A stretch of DNA of 64,000 bases from Moniliella sp. 'wahieum' (lineage: Eukaryota): contig RSEE01000023.1 of NCBI GenBank assembly GCA_003971905.1, positions 372,001-436,000 of the forward strand, given 5' to 3'. Position 1 is the first letter of the stretch. Every line of letters starts with the position of its first letter. Below, in pieces: positions 51,346 to 63,520 of the stretch. A program made the position numbers and the translations under genes. The notes under the pieces are model-generated. The model did no database searches and was not told the DNA's origin. It was given only the letters and a program-made list of their open reading frames with translations.

Positions 51346-51389
51346 GGCCTAACCGCGGCCTAACCGCGGCCTAACCGCGGCCTAACCGC
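51346..51389. repeat. Perfect 11-bp minisatellite (GGCCTAACCGC)x4
   Basis: Four exact copies read directly. Confidence 0.95.
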
Positions 51390-52661
51390 GCGGTGGCAAG
51401 ACCGTATAACGCACTGCAGAGGGTATATGTATACCTGGTCTAGCACAACCGTCGTCGTGCGACCGGTTTTGTATATAGGACAGCTGATACACAACGCTGC
51501 TGAGAAACGAGACGTGAAAAAGAGACTATGAAGGGGAGGGGTGCTATATATCACAGAGACAGTATACCCCAGTACCCTCATAGGTGTGATGCATGTGAGC
51601 GAGCATTGTTGCGAGCAGGGGATGATCGATGATCTCCAGCCACAGCGCGCAATAACGTCGGCAAAAGTGGGGGCACTGACGGGATTGAATATCGACAGAC
51701 TACGCCAACGTTATAACATTTGAGGAAGGGTCTCCGGGCCATGCTGCCCCGGGCAAAAAAGGGAGGGTAGAGAATTGCAACTGCACTGTTGACTCGGGGG
51801 GCTAGCGCTTAGCGCTTACCGTTACCGGCGGATACCAGTTTCGGCTATTAGGCGTTATGGATATTAGGTGCATCGGGCCTGGCGGGACAGAGGTGTGGCT
51901 GAGAGCTGCGATTGAGAGCCGAGAGCTGGAGAGCTGAAATCGCTCCCACAGGCCACAAGGGCAGAAGGATGGGCTGAGACGTGCGCGTCGTAGCTCGCGA
52001 ATTAGAACCACAACTCTATATCGCAACCACTTTTGCTGGCGGGGATGAAAGCGGGGGAGCGGGCATATTAAGGTACATCGAATGTTGGCTGGAAACATAG
52101 GTACGTACGTGCGCAGTGGAGCATGGTGCCTGGGGCGTGGTGCGGGGAGAGGGAGATCGGCGGGGCAAGGGGCGCAGTGGGCGGAGCTGCTGGGCGCGGG
52201 AGGAAGGGGCAGTGTGTGGTATGGAGGGAGGGGCCGCGACTGTGTGGCAGTGGTAGGGGCAGTGGCAGTGGCAGTGGCGGTGGCGGTGGCGGTGAAGGCG
52301 ACCCAGCGGGAGGGGTGCGAATAGAGAGGGTGTGTTACTAGGGGGTCCTGTCATGCGGCTGCGTCGGCCTTGGGCGGCGCCGTGCCAGGGAGTGGAGTGA
52401 TGCGAGGCCTGGCCGGTGATCTGCCCTGGGATGATCTCGATGATCGATGATCGCTGCTCGATGTCGATTAGGCTCAGACGTGCGCCGACGGCCCGCAGGC
52501 GCCCCCTCGTGCCCAGGCACTGCAGGGCGCCACCCAGACAGCAACGTGGTGCAGCAGCATGCAGCAGCCCAACCCCCCTCCGCCTCCCCCACCCCCCCTC
52601 CGTCTGCCTCTCCTCCCCCGCCTGCTCCCTCCCCACCACCACCACCACCACCACCCTCGCC

Positions 52662-55495
52662 ATGAGGAGCAGCCGCCCTCGCACGCGCTCTCCCCCCCCC
52701 GCACGCCCATCAGCCCCCGCCCCCGCTACCCCACCGCACGCCCTCCCCCGTCCCACCACCCCAGCCTCAATCCCAATCTCAAACCCAACCCCAACCCCCA
52801 TCCCAACCCCAACCGCCCTGGTCCGCCGCCGCCGCCGTCATGCGCTTCGGCCGCACTCTTGCCCGCCGCCCTCGCCCCGTACCGAGCCCGACCCATCAGC
52901 TCATCCTGCCCCCGCTCGTCGCCCCACCTTGTCTGACCTCCCCTCCCCCCCGCATCCACCGTATTTGGTGTGCCCCTCAACCAGTCGCTCGCCCTTGCCA
53001 GTGTCCTCATCAACTCGCCCTCCCTCCCACCACCACAATGCTCCTGTCCAGATGCCGCGTGTCTGAGGCCCCCTACAGCTGCTGCAGTCCACTCTGCTTC
53101 GACCCCTGCTTCAACTTCATCACCCTCTTGGAACGCATGGGGTCGTGTGCCTCTGGTTGTGGCCAAGCTTGGCAACCTGCTCAAAACCGAGGCGGTTGAG
53201 ACCGAAGGCATTTTCCGCAAGGTGGGGTCACAGCGACGTATGAAGCTACTACAGCAAGCCTTTGAGTGTCCCCCCGACTATGGTCGTCGGCTCCAATGGG
53301 CTAGCGAGTCATTTACCGTCCATGACGCCGCCTGCGTTTTACGCCGTTATATCACTTCCCTCCCTGAGCCCCTGGTGCCCATCTCGCTCTGGGAGTATTT
53401 CCGTGACGTTGTGGTGGATGATAACGTGGCGCCCCTAGATCCCTCTGGTCCTACCCTCAGCACGACAGGCGTGCATCGGGGTTAGTTGGCTCGGCCAACA
53501 GGTGGGCGGCTGCTTCGGCAGCAGCAGGGGGGCATGCGATGACCGCTTCACAGTCCAACTTGTCTACTGCCCCACCCCGTTCGGCTCCAGCATCCGTCCC
53601 AGCGTCCCAATCTCAAACCCGTCCCCACTCGACCGCATCGGGGGCCACCATTGCGACGAATCCGCGCGAGGCAATTGCTCGATTCGACCAATTGATCCAG
53701 CAGTGTCCCAGCGCAAACCGGGATTTACTCCTGTATCTGCTTGACATGCTCGCTGTCTTTGCAGGTAAAGCCGATGCAAACCGCATGACGGCCAAGAACT
53801 TGGCCGTCATTTTCCAGCCGGGTTTCTTTTACCACCCCTCACTCCTCACCAAGCCCGAAGAACATCAGTTGGCCGTCTTGGCCCTCGAGTTTCTCATTAA
53901 CCAGCAATCATTCTTCACCTGCGGTTACCAACCTGCTGGACAACCTGGAGCCACTAAGGTAGGCGAATCTGCCAACCTGTCCTCGTCCAATGAGCGGGCG
54001 GTGGGGGTGGGAGTGGGGGTAGGGCTGGCCGAAGTAGTTCAGCCGGCCCACCGTCCTCTGTTCCCTCTGGCGGAGGAAACAGTGCCCCTTACCGATCTAA
54101 TCCATCTTCCCGCCCAACCTCGGTCCATCAGGCTCTTCTCAGCATTCTACCCAACGCACACCTCATCTGGGTCTCCCCAACGCGTCATCGACGAAGGGCT
54201 TGCCCCCGCCCGTTGCATATGCACCCAAACTTCTCCGTGTCTCTTCCAAACAAGCGTCGTTTTTGTCCGAGACTTCTTCCAAGACAGAATGTTCTGGTGC
54301 ACATGCCCACCCCCGGGGACGAGCTGACACCGACAATATCCACCGAGGTATCTGAGATGTCGCGAGTGACCACCAGCGAGAATGTTTCTGACCTCACCGG
54401 TCTCACCGGCTCCAAACAAACCGCTATCCCCCTCGCACCGGTACGAGCGGCGTCCCCATCCTCGTTCGTTCGTCCTCTCTCACCAACTCTGGTCCTCGCT
54501 CTGGAAAAGAAGAGGGTATGGCGTTCTCAATCGGCGCGTGTGCCAACCACTTCGCATCGGCTCAGCACCGGAGCCAGTCCGCGACGCTCCGACCCCCCAT
54601 CCGGGAAAGAACCTTCTCCTGTATCCGGTGGCGTACACTTGCTAAGAGGCACCATTCAGCTCCCTCGCGGGTCGAGTCGGGCCGTAGGCCCGTTCCCTTT
54701 CCCGATGCTCCTCCACTGACCAAGGTGAATCAGTCGCGTTCTCCTCGTCCAGTTAAACCACCTCATTCCACACCTGCACCTGCACCCACACTTGCTCCCA
54801 CTCCAGCCCCACCTCCAACATCCAATCCACCCGCCGTTTTAAAGTCCACATCCGTCGACTCGTCAAACATCCCAAAGACTGGCAATTGCTCCTTGCCCCT
54901 TTCGGGCCCGGTGTTGGACGAGAAAAAAGAGGGGACAGCTCGCTCTGCCAAGAAGAATTGGCGCAGTACGCTGTCCAGCCTCTTTGCCGTGGCTCAACCG
55001 GCTGGGAAACAAGAGGTAGGACCACCCAATCCTGGACCCGCAGGAACAAAGCCGACGGTTCCTTCCCTCAGATTGGACCACCGTTACTTCCTGCGGCTTC
55101 GCCTCGCCTGCCTCGCCTACCTCCTCTCAAATTGGATGAACCTGTCCGTGCGCGTACTCCACTTGGCTCGGCAGCCCGAGCACAAACCCTACGTCCACAC
55201 TTTCCTCCTAAAGCAGAGGAACCGGAACAGGGGGGTATCACACCTCGGCCCCCTGCACGAGCCCAAACACTTTCCCCCTTCCTGGGCCTCAGAAGACCCA
55301 ACAGTCCACAGCTCCACTACCTACCTCGGGCGACGCTTTGCATTCTCACTCTCGACTGGATCGAGAGGATCGGATGAAGCGGGCAGAAGAATGGGGATGC
55401 AATGGTCATCTCCGTTCCCATTCTCCTTCTTCATCCTCTCGTCCCACGCATGTCCGTCGGTCCAGGATGAGTGTGGTGGTGAAGGTGTAAGGTAA
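52662..55495 (+). CDS. Rho GTPase-activating protein (Sac7/Bag7/Rga5-like) with long Pro/Ser-rich tail; indels, ends uncertain
   Basis: GRVPLVVAKLGNLLK..ETEGIFRKVGSQRRMKLLQ..F..PPDYG, HDAACVLRRYITSLPEPLVP, NRDLLLYLLDML, NRMTAKNLAVIFQPG. Confidence 0.9.
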
Positions 55496-56472
55496 GAGGC
55501 CCGACGAAACGGCGGGACCGATTCGTCTTGCTTTCAATTGCTTGCACCTTGCTCTTTGCACTTTGCTCTTCGAACCTTACACCTTGCGCCTTGCTCTTTC
55601 TTTCATTTTCCAACTCTCCCCTCTTCTTACACTTTCTCGCCCCGCCCACGACGGTCGATCCACTCTGGTGCTTTGCTACAGACGAGATGTTTCTCTCAAC
55701 CAACGTTTTACGGGTTTTTTTTTACCCTCACTCGCATCTCCTGCGTCACGGATCCCGGTTTTTTTTTTTATATCTAAGCCCATCTCTTCGTGTGTTGCCA
55801 CTACCGAGTAGACTGCTTCTCTCTTTACGTTTCCCCCCAACGTTCCTTTCCTCTGGGCATGCCATTGCAGAAGGAACTTGCTGTATGCGATGCCCGCATG
55901 TCTGTCTCTCCCCCTCTCTCGATCGGGGTCCAGCGTACGGTAGGCACAGGGAGGACACACGGTCATCTCATACGTCGTTTTGTTGTAGTGCATAAACAGG
56001 ATAGATCCGGGATCCATCTGCGCACGACAGCGCATGAGATCCCAGAGGGTAGTGGTGTTATTGACCGCGTCTTGGTGTGCGCGTCCAGAAGCATTGCAGT
56101 GCAACCTTGATCTCACAATAAGGGCCGGTGGCCCGCCCTTAAAGAGTACTCGCCCTCTCGTCTTCCCGGTAACCAATAACTGCCGGACTTGTAGGACGTC
56201 CACCGTTCCATTTTGCTGGTGAACGCGGGGGGTAAAGCGTTTATTTCTCTCCGCAACAAAAGGTGGAAGCAGGGCATCAACATCACACATCACACACTGT
56301 GTGTCACGTGCCGGCCCACCACATGTCACACGTCACAAGTCACAACCGCTCTGTCACGTGTCACGTGACAGAACGGTGCACTACCCTTACGTAACCGTGC
56401 GCGTCGTGTTGATCCCCATTGGGGGGACGCGTCAAGGCAACGAAGCGGTGGACGACCACAACAGTTGCCTCC

Positions 56473-57423
56473 ATGTCGGACCTGCGCAAGTCGATGGCAT
56501 CCTCGCGGCCCTCGGTGTTCCTCCCGGCGCCTGCCGGTCGCCCGAGCGTCTTCCTTGGCAACAACGCCTCGTCTGCTCGCCCATCAGTGTTTCTTGGCAA
56601 TGCTGGCGCCCCTGCTGCCCCTGGCGCCGCCGGCAGCAGCAGTACCGGCAGCTTTGGCTTTGGTTCGTCCTCCGCCGCGGAAAAGCGATGGGCATCGAAG
56701 CAGGCGGAGCTACAGGGATTGCTCATGCTGGAGAACCAAGCAGCTAAGCTGGTGAGCGAAATCAAGACCTTGGACGAACGGGTGGGTGAGATTGTCGATG
56801 GCGCCGAGACGTTTGCCTCGGTCATGGCTTCTTGGCAGGGTGTTTTTCGTGCCATCCAAATCTCTCGAGGTACGTCTCCTTCCCGTTTGGTACTGCGATA
56901 CTGTTGTACTAACCAGTGGCTCGATCTAGCTGATTTGGCCATGCTCTCCACCGAGACGGCCGGTATCATGATGAACACGGCTGCTGCTAGCGAAGCCGAG
57001 GCCCAAGCCGCTGCCCAGGAGAAAAAGGCCGGCGCGCCTGGGGCTGGCACTGAGGCGCCCGAGGAGGAAGATCCTTTGGCGACACTCGATGAAGACCAAG
57101 TCCAGGTCAACACACTGGTCCGTATTCCCGTTGATGATGAGGGGATTTGTGTCGTTGCCCCGGCGAAGCGAGGCATCAGCGGGCGCAATGCAAGAGTAGA
57201 TTCGCTCTGCCTCTCTGTTGAGGGGAGCATGACCACCCGAGTTGCTGTGGTCCCATTCGACTTCTTCCACGCTCTGCTCTTGCCCCCTGATGGCAGGTTA
57301 GGCGTTCCGTGTGTTCGTTTTGCTTCTCGCGCTGCTGTAGCTGTCATTGATACCCTGCTCCACTATGTTCCATTGGGCTTCGTCTATAGTTACAAAGGTT
57401 GTGACATTGGCAACATCATATGA
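56473..57423 (+). CDS. DAD2: DASH/Dam1 kinetochore complex subunit Dad2, intron 56870-56929 (true stop probably near 57150)
   Basis: KQAELQGLLMLENQAAKL..IVDGAETFASVMASWQGVFRAI and C-terminal TLVRIP motif typical of Dad2. Confidence 0.8.
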   Translation: MSDLRKSMASSRPSVFLPAPAGRPSVFLGNNASSARPSVFLGNAGAPAAPGAAGSSSTGSFGFGSSSAAEKRWASKQAELQGLLMLENQAAKLVSEIKTLDERVGEIVDGAETFASVMASWQGVFRAIQISRGTSPSRLVLRYCCTNQWLDLADLAMLSTETAGIMMNTAAASEAEAQAAAQEKKAGAPGAGTEAPEEEDPLATLDEDQVQVNTLVRIPVDDEGICVVAPAKRGISGRNARVDSLCLSVEGSMTTRVAVVPFDFFHALLLPPDGRLGVPCVRFASRAAVAVIDTLLHYVPLGFVYSYKGCDIGNII

Positions 57424-57520
57424 TCTGATGGAGAGTGGGTCGGTGCCAACGATGAAGGTTAAACGTTGGAGAGACATCCACTTGGCAGAAATTGCACTTG
57501 ACAATCCACCAGGGGGGTAA

Positions 57521-60500
57521 TCAGGTGAAACAAAATGCGACGTATACAGGCGACAGATATCGGGTGAATATGGGAGCAAAGGCGGGAGTCGAACGAGCAG
57601 GGTGAAGGGACAAGTCTTTAGTCGCCAGTTCGCAGCGCTTGGCCACGTTGACGGACTTCTTCAATGCCCAATCGGAGCAAATCCAGCGCTTCGATCGTGT
57701 CCGTGCGGCCAGCGATCGCGGTCCGAGGTGGCGTCTCCCCGCCAAGTCAAGCGAGGTAAAGTTGAAAAGCCCATGACTGGCAAGGGGTTTCATCTGGCGA
57801 AGTTGGGCCTTTGACCGAGCTTTCACAGGCTGCAGGGGATGCGTCTCAGGAGGGGTAGCCATAGTGGTGGAAATGCGAGGGGTCCCGGTTACGTCTGATC
57901 CGGTCTCATTCTCCCCCCCTGTTCCGATTCCCATATTGGAAAGGCCCACATTAGGCGATTCCAACTCGGCAAGTGACTGAGGGAGAGCCGACTTGTGGGT
58001 GGGAGGTGATGAGGAGGAAACGGATGGAGATGGGAATATGGCTGCTGGTGCTGATGCTGGTGTTGATGCTGATGCTGGCGGCGGGGATAAAAGCTGCTAT
58101 CTCCCGGATGAAAGGAAAGAGGAAGGGCGGCCTTGACCCCTCGTACGACATCCTTATCTGCTTTGGCGAGATTAAGAGCAGCTTGGGCTTGGAGTCGAAT
58201 CTCGTTGCGTACAGCCGCAATCCGCTTGGGCTCGCGCTTAAATCGATGGTCCCAAACGCGATGTACCTCTTCGAACAACGCGGCCGGGCCAGGCTGGATG
58301 ACCCCCACGTGATCACGTGGGACAGTGAGGGCGGTCATGAGGTGTTCCGGCTCCATCGGACGCACAATCCCATGTACCGACACCCTTTCACGAATCATGT
58401 TGTTGTGAAGCTGTGGACGCTCAATCGGTTCTTGCTTCGAATAAGTAAACTTGTGCCGTCCAGGGCCATTGTCGGGATCACCCGTCCCGTCAGGGGGGTC
58501 CTCGGGAACCCAATCTTCCGTTCCATCCGTCCGAGCGAGTCGTTTCACTGGTGCGCCTGTGACCGCCTTGCAGAATGAAGCGATGGCATGGTACATCAAA
58601 TGGCCAGGATAGGTAAACGCAAATGTTGGCATCACATGCACGCCATCATCCCATACTTGTAAGTGAACCTGGGTTGGTTGACCATCGAACCGTTTCTGAG
58701 CCTCAACCATAGGGCCACCCGCTTGACCAAGTGAGGTGGGAGCGGATACTTGCTAGGGTTCGCAGCACGATGGGCCGTCCATATAATTTCGTCTCGTAGC
58801 GCTTCGTTGTTGCCCGCCAAAATGTAGAGGGGAGGCAGGCCGCCCAAACTTCCGGCAAAGGCGGGGGAGACGAGCGCATGGGTGAGCTGGCCATTGGTCG
58901 CATACAATTGAATCTGGTCTTGGATCTTGAGCACCCGCGCCTCTGTCCCTCCCCGCCCTGAGCTCATGGTAACCGTCACGATCGGGTCATGCAAATGAGA
59001 CCGTGGCCCAAACGCGTCAGAAAGAGCTTGTTTGACTGCAGCAGGGCTAGGAACTGGGCAAGTTTGGGGGAGCCCACTCTCGTGCTTTGAATTGCACCCC
59101 ATTTCCTCCAAGTTACACGGATTCGGCGAAAGGTCGGTATCTTCCTTGACCGCGCCGGAGGCTGGGACGGAAGCCTCTCTGCCCTGGCCGAAAGAAGGGG
59201 AAGAAAGTACTGCGTCTAGCCTGGGCATCTTCTTTGTCCAAAACAGACGCCATAACGGAGTGTCCCAGTGGATGGTGTTCCTCTTGCGGTACCTGTTCCT
59301 TCACCTTCGTTGGACGCTTGAAAAAACGCGAAGCGGAAGGACGTATCGAGGGGATGGGGGCTGGAACATCTTCTGTATCTTTTGGTGGGGGCCAGAGCGT
59401 CGATGGCTTGTGGATGAATCCATGGTCGGGGATATAGTCCTTTTTGAGGTTGGGTACGATGGAAGGGAACGAATGAGTCAAATCGCACCATGGAGAGACA
59501 AGGCCGCGCCGGCAGGAAGGGGGTGACCCGTGTCGCGCAAAACTTGTAGCAAAGCAAGTATCATGCCCCCACCAGCAGAGTCGCCAGACAAGATAATTTT
59601 GCTAGGGTCCACACCCAATCCCCATTTAGACCCACGTGAATTGGAAGGATTGGAGGGAGACCCTTCCCTAGCCGCCATGCTCGTGTCCGAATCGGGAGCA
59701 GGGGAAATGAGTAAAGTAGGCAGCCAGCATGTCGTGCAAGCCACAGGGAAAGGGGTACTGCGGTGCAAGACGGTATGTGACAGACAGAGCTGCTCCGTCC
59801 ATGTCTCGCGCATAGCGAGCGAACATCATGCGGTGAGTATCGTTAGAGCCAAAGCTAAGGTCGGAACGAATGTCAGACTCCATGTAGCAAACGAAACAAA
59901 ATACGCACTAATAGGCCCCACCATGACAGTAAAGCATGATGCGGTTCAACGTCCGGGGATCAATGTCGAACAGTTCAAGGTCGGTCCTGGCTTCACCAGC
60001 CGCCGCCTCATCTCCCGAGTCGGATTCGTTCGAATCAACATCTGAGGCATCTCCAAACTGGCCCGCTCTTCCACCAGGTTGTTGGGGTTGTGAGGGGCGA
60101 ATGTCCAGACAAAACACGCAGTAACTGGTGGACATCGTGTGTGGCATTTTGCCCATCATCTGATACGGACTCATCTTCCTCCTCATCGGAAGCAACAGCT
60201 GGTTCGGCGGTTAGTACATCGTCCCCCAAGATGGGAGGCAATGCTCTTTCTGCTGTAGAGGGTGATCCAGGATGGGAAGCGAAAGAGCGGTCAGTATGGT
60301 CCGCATCAGAGCCACGGGCACTGAAGTAACTGGACTCCTTGGATGCCTTTCGGAAGGTCGACATGCCCTTCCGGGCTCCACGGACGATTTGGCCAAGTTT
60401 GATATCGGGTGTGTCGTTCTGTTGCTTGGAGGAGGAGCCGCGGGGACGTTCAGGCATAGAAAGATATGGCCCCGTCTTCGTTTTTGCTGTACTCGCTTCA

Positions 60501-61311
60501 GCAATTGGTTTTGCTTCGGCAGAATCAGGGCGAGACGCGGAAGCTTCAAATGGAGGTCGAAGCCTCTGTTTTCCCATTTCTTGAGCCGCTGGCAAAGATC
60601 CCGAAGGCAACGACGTAGCCAAAGAGGTGCGACTGGTATCGAGAGCGGAAGCGGGTCTAAACATAGCACGGAAGCGGTCGCGCTTGCGCGTGCCCATCTC
60701 AGCTGCACGGCGACGGATCGTTTCGGCTGGGACGATCCACTCGGCTTGCAGCGGGCAAGGTCGAACCTGCCACCAGCGGGGTCCGCCCAGCAGAGGGTCC
60801 AAGCCATGGGATCCCCCGGAATGCCCACAGTAAAATGGTCGGTGATCACGGCTGCGGCCTTGCGGATGGCTTGGGAAGGAACCTGGGTGGTCTGCGCACG
60901 TACATGGGCCGGCACGGGAAGGGGCATGCTGGCAAAGCGCTGGATAGACTCGACCGTGTCAAGGCACATGGCCCTAACGAATATGCGGGCGACAGAGAGG
61001 GAGAGGTCGTATAAGACCTCCTCATTGGCCAAGTCCGATCCTCCATGGGCATGAGAACGGGATTTGCGAGGGCGGGTATTGCGTCGAGAGAGGGGCGAGT
61101 GGAAAAGACGCTTGGTGGGACCGAGAGAGCGTGAGGCCGAAGAGGAGCTACTAGGGCGAGACGGATCAGAGGAGCGGGCAACAGGGTGTGAGTCGGGGGC
61201 GCTGCGACGTCTTCGGGAGTGGTGTGCGAGGCGACGGGCATAATGGGAGAGAAGGGAGCGGACGACGGCTGGGTAGATGCGTGCGCTGAGCGCAACAGCA
61301 TTGAGAGCCAT
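57521..61311 (-). CDS. Large alpha/beta hydrolase, GDXG/HSL lipase-esterase family; indels
   Basis: DPLLGGPRWWQVR, LYCHGGAY, YRLAPQYPFPCGLHDMLAAY, ILSGDSAGGG, LGGLPPLYILAG..EALRDE, LQVWDDGVHV. Confidence 0.9.
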
Positions 61312-61499
61312 CTCCAAGCGGACGTCGTGTGGATGGTGGTATGGATGCTACGGGCACAAGTGTGGCTAACGACCGAGGCAAGGAGGGGCTGTGCGATAAT
61401 GGATCATCGACAATGCCGACGCCCACTGCTGGGGGGTCTTCGCAACACAAAAATGACGTTCCTGGTCGGCGCCAACTTCTTGAGATGGCCATCACGGGC

Positions 61500-61770
61500 A
61501 TGTTGAACGTTGAAGTTGAACGTTCAGTTGAACGTTCCGAACCGGCGCGCGCATTGGGGCAACGCGCACTGGGGCAAGCCCTGGCAAGCCAGGAAAGCCA
61601 CCAGGCCAAGCCGCTGCCCAGGGTTCGACATTCGGCGACACCATCCCCGTATCTGGTGTCTTTGATCCATAGGTCTGTGCGTACGAGGTTCATATTTCAA
61701 CGTTCAACGTTGCACGTTGCAGTACGTTGCAGATTATATGTTGAAAGTTGAACGTTCAACGTCGATGTCG
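61500..61770. repeat. TNA-ACGT heptamer clusters upstream of the hydrolase
   Basis: TGA.ACGT.TGA ~61504; TGA.ACGT.TCA ~61517; TCA.ACGT.TCA.ACGT ~61697; TGA.ACGT.TCA.ACGT ~61749. Confidence 0.8.
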
Positions 61771-62314
61771 ATTGTCCGCTCTGCTGCTCGCCTGTAGCAA
61801 ACAACTCCACATCACATTAGCTGCCTCGGCTGCGATCAATGCGATCAACACGCACCAACTAATCCATCCAACGTTTTGGCAACGTTTAATGGCAACAGCA
61901 GGTTATGCCCATACGCGACTCCTTCTCATTCAGGGCAACAGGTTTTCCACTGACCTCATCTGTCCACCTCCTCGGTCCATTCACGACCAGGAGACGTCGC
62001 TGTTACGAATGGAGATGCTACAAAGGTACAGTGACCACTGGGTGGTATGAGAATACCAATTGAGAGGAGCATAGCATAGAGCCTACGTTTTTGGGGGGAA
62101 GGAAGCAGTGTCCGTGAAGACAGGACCCTGAACGTGGTACAACTTCCTCTTGCCGGGTCTGGGCTAAGGAGTACGGGAGAGGAGAGGGCATGGATCATGA
62201 GCCAGACATGAGCAAGAACCGGAATCCAAGTTCAAGGAACTCACTCTCTGGTCAGTCAAAGCCATATGTGGATGTGAAATGTTGCGCTTGGGCACAACCT
62301 CAACCAACACCAAC

Positions 62315-63048
62315 TTAGGCCGTCTGGGCCTTGGCCGCAGCGACGGCGACACGGTGGGCGTGGTGAGCCGCAGCCTTCTCCGCGCTGCGCGAAGCAAGGA
62401 GCTTCTCGTAGTCTGCCTTCTGGGCGGCCTGCTCACGCTGCTTGCGCACCTTGAGCGCAAAGAGGTGGCGCTTGTGTTGGAGGCGCACGGGGGTGATGAG
62501 ACGCTGGATCTTGGGCGCCTTGGTGTAGGGCTTCTTGCCCTCGGCCTTGGGCACAACCTCGCGACGGATCACGTACTGGCGCACATCATCTTCCTTGGTC
62601 AAGTTGAAGAACTTGCGGATGTGGTTGGCACGCTTGGGGCCGAGGCGCTTGGGCACAATGCTGGCCTCGTCCGTAAGACCGGGGATCTCCTGCTCACCCT
62701 GCTTGACAATAACAAGGTGAAGAGCAGCAATGTCGGCAGCGACGATGCAGCCGCGGACCGACTTGCGCCGGCGCTCACCAGTGCGACGCTGGCGGTAGCA
62801 CGAGTGGCCCTCGCTGAGCAGCAGACGGACACGGTGGGGCACAAGCACACCCTGCTTCATAGGGAAGCCCTGCTTGTCGTTACCACCGCCAATGCGACGA
62901 CGACGTAGCCCTTGAACTCGTCTCCAAGAGCGTCAATCTCGACGTCCTGGCCCATCCGCTTCTCCCAGAAAATGCGGGTCTTGCGGTCATCGTCAATCTC
63001 GAAGCTCTTCTGAGCCCCGGTCGCAGGGTTAGCAAAGTTGAGCTTCAT
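62315..63048 (-). CDS. RPS6: 40S ribosomal protein S6 (eS6); predicted 5'-UTR intron 63066-63155
   Basis: [72 protein letters not shown]. Confidence 0.97.
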
Positions 63049-63155
63049 GTTGGGCCAAAAGAGAACTGGAGCAACAGAGTCAGCACATCGGCATCCACGG
63101 AATAAGAGCGGGAGGGTTGGGAGGGAAGGGGCGTTCATCTCCCCCGGCAACGCAC

Positions 63156-63424
63156 CTGAGCGCCTGAGCTTGGTGTCGGTGGAGAACAATTCTGTAGCTG
63201 GGACGACGTGCCATCAGCGTCCGGCGGCCACGGCCTGCGGCACAGCACCCGAGTGCCGGAAAAAAACCCTACCACCCAATGTCCGCACCAGCCCAGTGTG
63301 AACGCCTGTAACCCTACACTGGCATGGCGTATTCATGCCGCAGCAATAACGACGTGCATCCATCGCTGCCCTTCATGTTCACCGCTCCCCCTGTCACCAG
63401 ACACACGCAAGCCGTTCAACTTTA
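63156..63424. promoter_or_regulatory. Bidirectional RPS6/RPS13 promoter with two AACCCTA boxes
   Basis: Head-to-head genes; AAAAAAACCCTAC ~63260-63272 and TAACCCTAC ~63309-63317. Confidence 0.6.
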
Positions 63425-63520
63425 GTGAGTTGACGCCCACGTTACTATCTTGGCACGTTGTGCAGCAGGATCTTTTGACTAACCCGCGTCGCCTTGCTCT
63501 CTGCTCTCAACTAGTTCAAC

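Noticed and set aside
51346..51389. Interstitial telomere
   Set aside because: The unit has CCTAA but is not TTAGGG-type, and there are only 4 internal copies; no chromosome-end evidence.
40887..57423. Functional mitotic gene cluster (forkhead, Aurora, Dad2)
   Set aside because: Interspersed with unrelated genes; proximity alone is not evidence without synteny or co-expression.
1557..61770. Synthetic polylinker or vector contamination (the cores are HindIII, SpeI, MluI, BglII, ClaI and similar sites)
   Set aside because: Sites are tandemly repeated, degenerate, scattered through native intergenic DNA and restricted to A....T hexamers; no vector backbone is present.
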